The translations under genes and the position numbers were made by a program. Shown piece after piece: positions 28,119-37,662 of a stretch of DNA of 64,000 nucleotides. How positions within the stretch are numbered: position 1 is the stretch's first letter; each line of letters starts with the position of its first letter. The notes below the pieces were generated by a model. It ran no database searches, was not told where the DNA came from, and was given only the letters and a program-made list of their open reading frames with translations. The stretch comes from Nostoc sp. DedSLP01 (GTDB lineage Bacteria > Cyanobacteriota > Cyanobacteriia > Cyanobacteriales > Nostocaceae): assembly GCA_034530875.2 (NCBI GenBank), contig JAVRCJ020000024.1, forward strand, positions 32,001 through 96,000, written 5' to 3'.

Positions 28119-31100
28119 TTAAATTGAGCCAGCAATCCAATTTAAGGAACGGAATGGAATTACAACTAAGGCAATCATTCTTTCAGGGCTGCGTGTTAGT
28201 TTGATGGGGAAGGTGAGAACTTTAAGTTGGCTGTTGGCAGTGGCATCGCTGAATAAGATGCTATCCCCTTCTATGCGTTCGATCGCCAAATTAATATCTT
28301 TGACTTTAGTCGCCTTACGCAAGGCTTCTATAGCTGTCCAAATCCGCGTACCTGCGCTATCTACTGACTCTTTAGTTTCTAGCTGTTGGATTAATGGATA
28401 TCGAGAAGAATTCAGTAAGGCAATCCAATCTTCGGTACTGCGATGAGTTATCGGTTCGATATCGCAACCTTGCACTCCTCGACCGGCAACGCAGAAACAA
28501 ACACGTTCGTCATGGGCAAGGGATACTTCGATTTTTTCTTCCGCCAGTCCCACAACTACTGGTTTGCCAGATTCCGTCCACTGAATGCGGACTTTGGATA
28601 TGAGATTAGCATTATTGTTCAAAAGTTGAGCGATCGCTCTGTGGAATAAAGGTAATTCCAATTGATGGCGTTCTGTGGGTAAGAGTGTATGGATACCGGG
28701 AAGATAACCCAATGATATCTCTGGTGCGACAACTTTGAATAAAGGCGATCGATTGCTCAATTCTCTAGCAAGAATCAGTTCATCTCTTTGACTGGGATCT
28801 GCCAAATCTTCAGCAGTGGGATTCTCCTGGCGGTGTTCTAGTATCCGCAATTGATAGCTATTGAGTCTTTCGATAACACGACCATCGGGAGCTACTAAGA
28901 AAACATTACTGCGATACTGTTGACCTTCTCGCCCTTGTGGTGTAGTCACACCAATATACGAACCAGCTTCATCTTTATCTGATTGATAGATTTCAATACT
29001 ATCGATGCGGATGGGCAAACAAAGATCCTGGGGAATTACTAGTTGTCCGGCTTGTAACAAAGAGTCTCTGCAATAAGGATCTCCCAGTAAGAAAGGCCCT
29101 TGCGCTCTATCTAAAGATTGTTTTTGCTCCTCGGCAGAATACAAGTTTCTTTGGGTTTTGAATACGCACTTCTGGGAATTCAGGCTATAAACCTGTTGTA
29201 AACGCTGGAACTTGGTCCCTTGGAATAGTAACCAACTATAGAGATCTGCTTGAGGCTCAATATCTAGAGGCACTTCTGGAACTTCAACCTGTTCTAGAGG
29301 TGGCTGTTTGTCAACATCTAGTAAAAATGTCGCTGAAAAATGGCTGATGGCAAATCCTGTCTGTTCTGTTTTGATGGTGACATAAACTTGCTGCGGATCG
29401 CTTTTTAACTTCCTCTCCAGTACCTCTGCATGAATTTCTATGTCTACTCCTTTGTCAGGAGCTACAACAATAGGACGTTCCAGACGGATATCTTCTATTT
29501 GTACAGCTGGTAAGGAATCTTGACTGGTGACATAAGCAACTGCTTGTGCCATAGCTTCCAAACCAAATACAGTCGGGAACAGATACGAACCTTTATACAG
29601 GTGATCATGTAAGTATGAATCCCGTTCCAGACTCAGATGCGCCCTGAGAACAACCTCTACACCTGGTTGATAAATCAAGATTTTCTCTAAAAACTTCGAT
29701 TTAGCAGGAGGTGAGAACAATCCAGGATACCAAGTATCAAAGCCACTCGATTCAAAAGCTGCTAAGGTTTGCATCGGTGCGGCTATCACAACTCGCAAAT
29801 CTGCGGCTTCATTTTTGATGAGATGCAAGAATCGACTAACGCCTGCATCTTTGGGAATGGCACTAATACCCATCTTGTTCAGGCTGCGCACGCTACCCAT
29901 CCGCGCCCCCATACCTACTTCTTCCCAGACGCTGTACGCCATTGATACCACGGCAGTTTCAGGGTGCTGGACTTGAAAACGGCGTAAAATCAGATCCAAA
30001 GTTTCATTAGAGAAGCCATACCAAGCATTGCGTTGCATCCCTGTAAAGCCGATGACTGAAGAGAAACCAGCGAAAAGCTTCAGTGATGTACCTTCTAGTG
30101 CTTTACAGAGATTAATCAAACCGAGAAGCTTAGGACTGATTTCATCAAATGCTGCTTCTGTAGAGACTTGCTCAATCAGTCTCGGCTTATTGAGAGCAGC
30201 CCCGTGAATAACTCCTGATATCTCACCTAGTTCTTGTCTGACTTTTTGTAAAAGATTAACTACTGCTTGATAGTCAGCAACATCGCACGCATAGTAGCGG
30301 CAGGTTAATCCTTCAGATTGAAAGCGTAAGAGAGTGCGGGTAATATCAGAATTACTGTTGTCATCCTGATGAAGCGAACGTCCCACAAGTACCACGCGGA
30401 CACCTGTATCTTTAGCCAGAGCCAAGGCACACTCGGCAGTAATACCTTTTGCTCCACCTGTAACGAGGATGACATCCTCAGATGACCAGGTAATATTCCG
30501 GTCTAAATAATCTACAGGTTGCTGTACCTGAGGCCGAGGAACGTAACGTCTGAGATCGGTATCGTAACTTACAGTTGTATAGACGTGGGGAGTAGAAAGT
30601 TCTCTAAAGACGCATTCTGCTAGATTATTGGGATCTACCGTAGGAGAGAAATCAATTACTCGAACTTTGAGATCGGTTCGTTCTAGATGCAAGCTGGCAG
30701 CAAAGCCAACTGTACAGCATTGGTCGATATCTGGTAGTGGCAGTTTTGCTCCGAAATATCCCCCACTAAATTGAACGTAAGCTACTGTTGTATGGTCGCG
30801 GGATGCTAGAGGTGGAGTGGCGATACTGCGTAACCGTTCAATCATCCCAATCAGACGAGCTTCTGATGACAGTTGAGCATTCGGTGTAGAAGGTAATACC
30901 GCGATGAAGTGGGTTAAATTGAGGCTGTTAGCTAGTGTTTGAGGGCTGGCTTCTGCAAAGGTTAGACTTTGAACTTGAGCGCCTTGAGTCCGAAGTTGGT
31001 CTGATAAGGCTGCTATTTTGTCTGCATTACTTAATTCATAAAGAATTAGGACATTTGCAGCTTGCCAGTTTTCTTCCATCTGTCTGCCTAAAGCGACTGA

Positions 31101-34100
31101 GGGAATTTCCTCTGGAACATTTTGGACGATATAATCGCGTACCAGTTGCTTACGGGTTAACTCTGGCCCGATCGCTGTTATTTTGCCATTGTTTTGTCTA
31201 AAATCTTGCTTGAGAGAAACTGTTGAGCTAGATTCTGAGATTTTGATTCCATTACCGTTACCATTATTGTTTGGTATGTAATTGTGAATTGTCTCAGCAA
31301 TCTCTTGAATCGTGGCGTTGGCTAGAGAAGGCGGGTCAATTTTCCCGGCGGCGCCAAATAGCTTGGCGGCTTCTGCGACGACTTCACCGGCTTTGATGGA
31401 ATCAAGGTTGAGGTCGTCGAGCAATCGCAATTCGGCTGTGATACTTTCTCTGACATATCCTGTTTGTTGGATAATCAGGTCAGTCAGTGAAGAGGCGATC
31501 GCATCAGTTGTTTTCGTTAAGCTTGTGGGTATTATAGAAGCTGCTTCATGACCGTTGGATATGAAACTGCGAATCGTTTCAGCTATCTCTTGAATTGTGG
31601 CATTGGCTAAAGCAGGTGGGTCAATTTTCCCAGCCACACCATATTGTTTGGCGGCTTCTGCGACAATTTCACCGGCTTTGATGGAATCAAGGTTGAGGTC
31701 GTCAAGCAATCGCAATTCTGCTGTAATACTTTCTCTGACATATCCTGTTTGGCGAACAATCAAGTCTGCTAACAAGAACTCAACACTCTGATTAGTGTTT
31801 GTTTCTGCTGGCTTCAGTAACGTAGAAACGGTACTGTGGGAACCATTACCATTAACTGCATGAGTTATTCTCGCACCATTTTGAGGTGTTGCAGCTAAAG
31901 GCAGAGTTTGCATATCGGCTCGGATGACTTCAGCGATAAACTTACCGCGTCGAGCCAGGTAATCTTGCAGTACCTCTGGTGAAGTATGGTTATGTTCGGC
32001 AAACAGCGAATAATTCAACAAGCTTTCAGAACCAATTCCCAAGGATGGAGATGAGTGAGTTGCAGATACAGCAAATGGCCTTTCTACAGGATTGTCGATG
32101 AAAATGCGCTCTGAGGCTGGTACAAAAGGACGTACAAGCCGACCTTCGTAAAGTGCTTCCCAGTTGATGTTATGACCGCGAACAAAGACGTTAGCTAACA
32201 TCGTATTCAATGACTGGTCAAATCCAGGTTTGGCTTCCACTGGCAGACATTCCAGCCCTTGCAACCCGGTGATGTCGTTTACCAATCCTGAGAGTACTTT
32301 GCCAGGGCCGACTTCTATGAGGACATCGCATATTTGCTCTAAGGTTTTCACCAGGGATACGAAGTCTACTTGTGCTAATACCTGATGGGCGAAGTGTTCG
32401 CGCAATTGCAATCCTATTGGTGGCTGTTTGCCATCTACAGATGAAACTAGGTCTAAGGTAGTGTTCGAGAGTCTATCTGGAATTAGTTCGTATTTGTGTA
32501 GATATTGGGCGGCTTCCGAGACAAGTTGAGAATGAAAGGCATGAGAAACTGGCAGCTTGTGTGTCCTGATTTCTTCCGCGGCGGCGAGTTCAATGACTTG
32601 TTCGATGCTCGATCGCTCGCCAGATATAATTATCTGGTTGGGACTATTGATATTGGCGATCGCTACATAGCCATTGACTTGCTTTAACAATTCCTCGGCT
32701 TTTACACGGGAGCAAGCAATACTTACCATGCTTCCGCCCTGCTTACACGCAGACATAGCGCGTCCCCGAACAGCAGCTAAACGAATCAAAGCTTGCTCGT
32801 CAAATGCACCTGCTGCGTGAAAAGCAGTTAGTTCTCCCAGACTATGACCGCCGACAGCAACGGGGTTTAATCCTAGATGTTGCAGGTAGCGCATCCAAAG
32901 CAAAGAAGTTAAGCAAATAGCTGGTTGAGCGATTTCAGTTTGGGCAATTTTCCCTGACCATTCTTCAAGCTGCTCTCCATTGATAGCCCGGTCTACAGGC
33001 TGATAAATCGACTCATTAATACCTGGAACACCAATTTCTTGCAGCCATTTGTCGGCTCGATTTACTAATTCCTTCGCCCAGCTAAAGCGTTGTACGAGGG
33101 TACGGGCCATGTTCAGCTTTTGAGAACCTTGACCGGGGAAGAGAAAACCGATACGGCTTGGTTGGACTTTATGGCCGACCCAAATTCCTTGTTGTGAGTT
33201 GAGGATGACCTCTCCCTCGGCTAGTGGTTTAGCATTCAACAATTCTTGCAAGAAAGTCAGACGTTCAACTAACTCATCAGGCGATCGCGCGATAATTGCT
33301 GCTCTAACTGGAAGTTCCTGATTGACTTTTTGAGCAAGATGTGATGCTAAATCGATGAGTTCGCTTAAACTCAAACCTTGGACTTTCGGAAGTAATGCAT
33401 CTATGCGTTGCAACAAACCTGCAATTGATGCCGCACTCAAGACAAAAATCTCTGTTTCTTGAGCAGAAACTAACAAAGCTTCCTCGTCAATTGACGGTTC
33501 TAGTTGAGTAGCAGGAGCATCGCCAGATTCTAAAGTAACGTGGCAATTGATACCGCCAAATCCCATCGCGGAGACTCCAGCCCTGAGCGTATCTGTTGGC
33601 TGGCGAATTTCTCCTTGCATCACCGGGTAAAGAGAACGAGCAGCTTTGTCAAAGACTTCGCTTGGCTCGTTGCAACCGGCTAATGGCGGTATGACTCGGC
33701 GGTTAACAGCCATCACAGCTTTGATGAACCCGCCAATACCTGCTGCGGCTTTGGTATGTCCGACTAAAGATTTGAAGGAGGTAACACCACAAGAACGGAA
33801 ATTGGTTTCGCTATCCGCACCCATCGCTAAGGCAATACCTTCTAATTCGGCGCGATCGCCTACTGGTGTGCCGGTACCATGACCTTCGATAAAATCAACC
33901 TGACTTAAGCTGTAACCTGCTCGGTTATAGGCGCGGCGTAGTGCCTTGGCTTGTCCTTCTCGAGAAGGAGCTGTTAGCCCGCCTTTACCATCAGATGAGA
34001 TTCCCCAGCCATTCAACACTGCATAGATATAATCGTTATCGGCCCGGGCATCTTCTAAGCGCTTCAAAACGACAAAACCAGCACCCTCTCCGGGGATAAA

Positions 34101-34925
34101 ACCACTGGCTTTTTTATCGTAAACGGTCATATCTTTGCTAGTTAAGGCACCTGTTTTAGCAAATCCTACTAATTCAAAGGTGTCTAAGCTAATATCTACG
34201 CCGCCAGCTAGTGCTAAATCGAGGTCGCCATTGCTTAATGCATTAGCAGCAGTGGCAACGGCAATCAATGAGGAAGAACAAGCGCCGTCTACCGTATAAC
34301 CACCACCATGAAAGTTAAAGAAGTTACAAATTCTGCCAGCAATAGTGTTAGAAAGATTTCCAGAAAGTGTGTCTTCGGTGAAGGGCGAGAATACTGATTT
34401 GTAGTATTCTTGCATTGCCGTTGTCAGTTCATCTACGACTTGTAATGGCAAACCCTTGGCTTTTGCGGCTGTCTGTATGACTCGTTCGATAAACGGCCAG
34501 CGTAGCCGCATGTTATTAGAGCGTGTTTGTTCGCCTGTTAAGGAGTTACCGAGGATGACTCCTGTACGTTCGTTGGGAACATTGGCCTTTGTATAACCTG
34601 AATCTTGTAAGGCGGCGATCGCTACTTCTAATGCCAGCCAGTGAGCGATATCTGCGGTCTCGACTACAGTTTTGGGAATGCGCTTACTTGCCCAATCAAA
34701 ATCAAAACCCTCAATCACGGCCATACGTTTGCCGTAGGTTTTGTCTGGCACCGCCGGGTCTGGATCGTAATAATCTGCAAGTGGTAAACGCTGCACTGGC
34801 GATTCTCTAAATTGTCGCCGCCGGGAAAGTATGTTTTCCCAAAGTTGTCGTAAATCCCTCGCACCAGGATACCAACAACCCATACCAATAACCGCAATTC
34901 TAGGTTGAGATATTTCTATTTGCAT
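28119..34925 (-). CDS. pksE: Enediyne-type iterative type I polyketide synthase (PKSE-like): KS-AT-ACP-ACP-KR-DH-PPTase
   Basis: KS DGACSSS/EGHGTGT/GHTKAAAG with PKSE-like HWLAL...GNSLTGE..RSNNMRLRWP; AT GHSLG + HAFH (malonyl); two ACPs LDDLNLDSIKAGE; KR GGAKGIT..YGFSN; DH HLYKGSYLFP; C-terminal PPTase SLAHD/GCDIE/WTAIEALRK; no ER or TE. Confidence 0.9.
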   Translation of the reverse strand: MQIEISQPRIAVIGMGCWYPGARDLRQLWENILSRRRQFRESPVQRLPLADYYDPDPAVPDKTYGKRMAVIEGFDFDWASKRIPKTVVETADIAHWLALEVAIAALQDSGYTKANVPNERTGVILGNSLTGEQTRSNNMRLRWPFIERVIQTAAKAKGLPLQVVDELTTAMQEYYKSVFSPFTEDTLSGNLSNTIAGRICNFFNFHGGGYTVDGACSSSLIAVATAANALSNGDLDLALAGGVDISLDTFELVGFAKTGALTSKDMTVYDKKASGFIPGEGAGFVVLKRLEDARADNDYIYAVLNGWGISSDGKGGLTAPSREGQAKALRRAYNRAGYSLSQVDFIEGHGTGTPVGDRAELEGIALAMGADSETNFRSCGVTSFKSLVGHTKAAAGIGGFIKAVMAVNRRVIPPLAGCNEPSEVFDKAARSLYPVMQGEIRQPTDTLRAGVSAMGFGGINCHVTLESGDAPATQLEPSIDEEALLVSAQETEIFVLSAASIAGLLQRIDALLPKVQGLSLSELIDLASHLAQKVNQELPVRAAIIARSPDELVERLTFLQELLNAKPLAEGEVILNSQQGIWVGHKVQPSRIGFLFPGQGSQKLNMARTLVQRFSWAKELVNRADKWLQEIGVPGINESIYQPVDRAINGEQLEEWSGKIAQTEIAQPAICLTSLLWMRYLQHLGLNPVAVGGHSLGELTAFHAAGAFDEQALIRLAAVRGRAMSACKQGGSMVSIACSRVKAEELLKQVNGYVAIANINSPNQIIISGERSSIEQVIELAAAEEIRTHKLPVSHAFHSQLVSEAAQYLHKYELIPDRLSNTTLDLVSSVDGKQPPIGLQLREHFAHQVLAQVDFVSLVKTLEQICDVLIEVGPGKVLSGLVNDITGLQGLECLPVEAKPGFDQSLNTMLANVFVRGHNINWEALYEGRLVRPFVPASERIFIDNPVERPFAVSATHSSPSLGIGSESLLNYSLFAEHNHTSPEVLQDYLARRGKFIAEVIRADMQTLPLAATPQNGARITHAVNGNGSHSTVSTLLKPAETNTNQSVEFLLADLIVRQTGYVRESITAELRLLDDLNLDSIKAGEIVAEAAKQYGVAGKIDPPALANATIQEIAETIRSFISNGHEAASIIPTSLTKTTDAIASSLTDLIIQQTGYVRESITAELRLLDDLNLDSIKAGEVVAEAAKLFGAAGKIDPPSLANATIQEIAETIHNYIPNNNGNGNGIKISESSSTVSLKQDFRQNNGKITAIGPELTRKQLVRDYIVQNVPEEIPSVALGRQMEENWQAANVLILYELSNADKIAALSDQLRTQGAQVQSLTFAEASPQTLANSLNLTHFIAVLPSTPNAQLSSEARLIGMIERLRSIATPPLASRDHTTVAYVQFSGGYFGAKLPLPDIDQCCTVGFAASLHLERTDLKVRVIDFSPTVDPNNLAECVFRELSTPHVYTTVSYDTDLRRYVPRPQVQQPVDYLDRNITWSSEDVILVTGGAKGITAECALALAKDTGVRVVLVGRSLHQDDNSNSDITRTLLRFQSEGLTCRYYACDVADYQAVVNLLQKVRQELGEISGVIHGAALNKPRLIEQVSTEAAFDEISPKLLGLINLCKALEGTSLKLFAGFSSVIGFTGMQRNAWYGFSNETLDLILRRFQVQHPETAVVSMAYSVWEEVGMGARMGSVRSLNKMGISAIPKDAGVSRFLHLIKNEAADLRVVIAAPMQTLAAFESSGFDTWYPGLFSPPAKSKFLEKILIYQPGVEVVLRAHLSLERDSYLHDHLYKGSYLFPTVFGLEAMAQAVAYVTSQDSLPAVQIEDIRLERPIVVAPDKGVDIEIHAEVLERKLKSDPQQVYVTIKTEQTGFAISHFSATFLLDVDKQPPLEQVEVPEVPLDIEPQADLYSWLLFQGTKFQRLQQVYSLNSQKCVFKTQRNLYSAEEQKQSLDRAQGPFLLGDPYCRDSLLQAGQLVIPQDLCLPIRIDSIEIYQSDKDEAGSYIGVTTPQGREGQQYRSNVFLVAPDGRVIERLNSYQLRILEHRQENPTAEDLADPSQRDELILARELSNRSPLFKVVAPEISLGYLPGIHTLLPTERHQLELPLFHRAIAQLLNNNANLISKVRIQWTESGKPVVVGLAEEKIEVSLAHDERVCFCVAGRGVQGCDIEPITHRSTEDWIALLNSSRYPLIQQLETKESVDSAGTRIWTAIEALRKATKVKDINLAIERIEGDSILFSDATANSQLKVLTFPIKLTRSPERMIALVVIPFRSLNWIAGSI

Positions 34926-35101
34926 ATCTGTAATTAATCTACTTCCAACACAAAATGAAAACTTTGATTCTAATGCTCAAGTTTGATTTTCAAGTTATAT
35001 GACTCTTCTTGTAGGATGAGCGAGACACCTATCCTCCAAACTCAGCAGTCTAGAGAGTTTACCCTACAAGAATTAGAGTAGTAATTTATTGCTTGAGTTG
35101 C

Positions 35102-35602
35102 CTAACTAGCTATCTTGACCATTTCTTCAAACTTGCGATCGAGCATTTGCATAATTGTGGAAATCTTTTCATCGGGGAATTGACCTAGCAGTGACGATGG
35201 TTTGTCATAAGCAACATGTGTCTTACCATCGTAGTCATCGTAGACAAATAGCCTTAATGGAACATAAAGACCAACCGCAGGGTTTTGTTCAAACATTTGA
35301 TTGGCTATTAATGGGTTACCGATTATGTAAAGCTTGGCCTTTTTATTTTTACCAGCAAGAGACATGAGTTTGCCATGTTCAATTTGCGAAAAGATGGTAA
35401 AACCGCTTTGACCAATCATCGATTCAATACCACTTTTTATTTGTTCAAACGATTGCTTGGCTGCAATCATTTGTTGAAAAAGTGCGCTGTCAATTTTACC
35501 ATTGATGGTTTCGATATTATTGGTAACTTCTTCAAATGACTTTTCCGAAGTAACAATTATACGAGTTGCTGTAAAATTGACGGTTTCTATCACAGTTTGC
35601 AT
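35102..35602 (-). CDS. DUF302 domain protein
   Basis: KSFEEV, F.IF..I.HG, IGNPLIA..M..NP.VGLYVPLRLFVY pattern. Confidence 0.8.
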   Translation of the reverse strand: MQTVIETVNFTATRIIVTSEKSFEEVTNNIETINGKIDSALFQQMIAAKQSFEQIKSGIESMIGQSGFTIFSQIEHGKLMSLAGKNKKAKLYIIGNPLIANQMFEQNPAVGLYVPLRLFVYDDYDGKTHVAYDKPSSLLGQFPDEKISTIMQMLDRKFEEMVKIAS

Positions 35603-35739
35603 GACTATTTAACTCTTTTAATCTAGAGGTGTACAATCAATTCCTACAGTTACTAAGTCAGATTATTAGGGCGTTGCAGATTGAAAACTCACGCAGAGGC
35701 GCAGAGTCGCAGAGAGTAAGAGTTGAGAAGAGTTGATTT

Positions 35740-37662
35740 TTATGTGAGAACAAAGCGTTCTTGGAGAATGCAAGTACTGAGCATTTTCATCAATGTCGGA
35801 TCTATAGAACCGAGTTGATTTTCATTCATGTGTGGTATTTGGTCGAGGAATTGAACTACTGCTGGTTGGTTATAAAAAGGAACAGAAGCAAATGCTGAAC
35901 TGCGTAAGGTGTCTTGGACAAGTTGGTGTAGAGGTTCGTTTTGCTTCAATGTGGAAGGCGGGGCAAAAAATGGATGTTTTTTGCGGTTATATACCATATC
36001 TGGTAGATAAGGTTTGGCAGCTTCTCGCAATATGTATTTGACATTCATGCCACGAATCTTCAATGAAACAGGAATATTGCGCACTGTTTCTACAAGTTCA
36101 TGGTCTAAAAATGGTAGTCTTCCTTCTGTAGAATGCGCCATTTCTGCACCATCTCCCAATATCCTAAATAGGTAGGGTAGAACAGTTTTAGACCATAAAT
36201 AAAGAGACTGATGAACGGGTTCTCGTTTTGCTAGTTGTCCTTGGACGTCGATTTCATTGAAGAATATACGATATGCATCTCGCTGGCCAAAGTGAGCTAA
36301 AAATTCTGGTGAGTATAGAGAAAGAGATTTGGCATATCCTTTAGCATTAGCTTCTATCCAAGTGGGTACAAACCCTAAAAGGCGTTCGATATTAGCCAAA
36401 GGTTTGGATATTTCTTCAGGTAAGAAACCGGCTGCGGCGGAGACTTGGTTGTTACGTTTTAATTCTTCCAAGATATGCTTGATAGTCTGTTCGTCTTGAC
36501 CTTTGGTGTTGTAACGCAACATGTCCATCAGAAAATGAACGTAGCCGCCAAAGATTTCATCAGCACCTTCACCTGTAAGTACAACTTTGTAACCTGCTTT
36601 TTGTACTGCTCGACTCAAAAGGTACTTAGCAGCAGCGCCAGCATTGATACACACCATTTCACAGTGCCAAATGGCGTCTGCAAAATGCTCGGCTAAGTCA
36701 GATTGAGTGATGGGGACAATTTCATGGTTTGCTCCAGCTTTGGCTACTGCTTCCCGAGCGAAAACTTCTTCGTTGTAGTCTTCGTGGTCGAAGGCGAGGG
36801 TAAATGCTGTAATTGGCTCGCTTGTATGGGTGGCCGCAATTCCCAACACCGCAGATGAATCAATTCCGCCACTAACGTGACAAGCTACCGGTACGTCTGC
36901 TCTTAACCGCAGTCGTATAGACTCGTTTAAACTATGGCGAACTTGTTGAATATAATCTTCTTCGCTTTGTTGGGGTTGTACATCGTTATTGGGGTAATCA
37001 AAATCCCAATAACGATGCAGTTGGATATTAGTACGAGATGCGAGTAGAAAATGTCCGGGTGGTACTTGATATATGTTTTTGAAGAAAGTCCGATCTGGGC
37101 TGAAGAGTCCGAGATCGGCTCTAAACCAAAATTCGCTATCCCAGTTAGCCGGAACGCCCGCAGCAAATAAAGCTTTGACTTCTGAAGCCAAGTACAGTGT
37201 ATCGCCATGCATAGTGTAGTACAGAGGCTTGATGCCAAAGCGATCGCGCGCTGCAAACAATGTTTGATTGCGCTCATCCCAGATAACAAAAGCAAATTCA
37301 CCCCGCAAATGATGGAGACATTGAGTGCCAAACTCGTTATATAGATGAATCGCAATTTCGCTGTCAGAGTGGGTTTGCAGCTTATATCCTTTTTGCTTTA
37401 AGTCCTGCTGTATCCTCTCAAAGTCATAAAACTCTCCATTGGCAACAATATGGAGTGTGCCATCTCGATCGCTTATTGGTTGGTCTCCACTAGTGAGGTC
37501 AATAATACTAAGCCTTCTATGTCCTAACCCGACTCTGCCATCTTCGGAAATCCAAACCTTCTGTGCGTCAGGGCCTCTATGATGTAGGCTATCTATTCCT
37601 CGCTTCAAAGAGGTTTCGGAAATTGGTTCCTGTCTTGAGAACAATGCTACAATCCCACACAT
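35740..37662 (-). CDS. asnB: Asparagine synthase (glutamine-hydrolysing)-like amidotransferase, cluster-associated
   Basis: N-terminal MCGI (Ntn Cys), HRGPD, GHRRLSIID, ARDRFGIKPLYY, SGGIDSS, TGEGADE, RLPFLD. Confidence 0.92.
   Translation of the reverse strand: MCGIVALFSRQEPISETSLKRGIDSLHHRGPDAQKVWISEDGRVGLGHRRLSIIDLTSGDQPISDRDGTLHIVANGEFYDFERIQQDLKQKGYKLQTHSDSEIAIHLYNEFGTQCLHHLRGEFAFVIWDERNQTLFAARDRFGIKPLYYTMHGDTLYLASEVKALFAAGVPANWDSEFWFRADLGLFSPDRTFFKNIYQVPPGHFLLASRTNIQLHRYWDFDYPNNDVQPQQSEEDYIQQVRHSLNESIRLRLRADVPVACHVSGGIDSSAVLGIAATHTSEPITAFTLAFDHEDYNEEVFAREAVAKAGANHEIVPITQSDLAEHFADAIWHCEMVCINAGAAAKYLLSRAVQKAGYKVVLTGEGADEIFGGYVHFLMDMLRYNTKGQDEQTIKHILEELKRNNQVSAAAGFLPEEISKPLANIERLLGFVPTWIEANAKGYAKSLSLYSPEFLAHFGQRDAYRIFFNEIDVQGQLAKREPVHQSLYLWSKTVLPYLFRILGDGAEMAHSTEGRLPFLDHELVETVRNIPVSLKIRGMNVKYILREAAKPYLPDMVYNRKKHPFFAPPSTLKQNEPLHQLVQDTLRSSAFASVPFYNQPAVVQFLDQIPHMNENQLGSIDPTLMKMLSTCILQERFVLT

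Noticed and set aside
28119..34925. Heterocyst glycolipid (Hgl)/PUFA synthase interpretation, suggested by tandem ACPs and nearby devBCA
   Set aside because: KS motifs, the KR-DH-PPTase C-terminus and DUF1702 neighbours fit PKSE; no chain-length-factor, ER or reductase (hglB/C/D-like) genes are present
18213..37662. Calling this a bona fide enediyne antibiotic cluster, or assigning a known cyanobacterial ene-diyne such as fischerellin
   Set aside because: E4, E5 and E10 are not visible, and there are no ER, methyltransferase or NRPS functions that a partly saturated N-heterocyclic product would need; no product can be assigned from sequence alone
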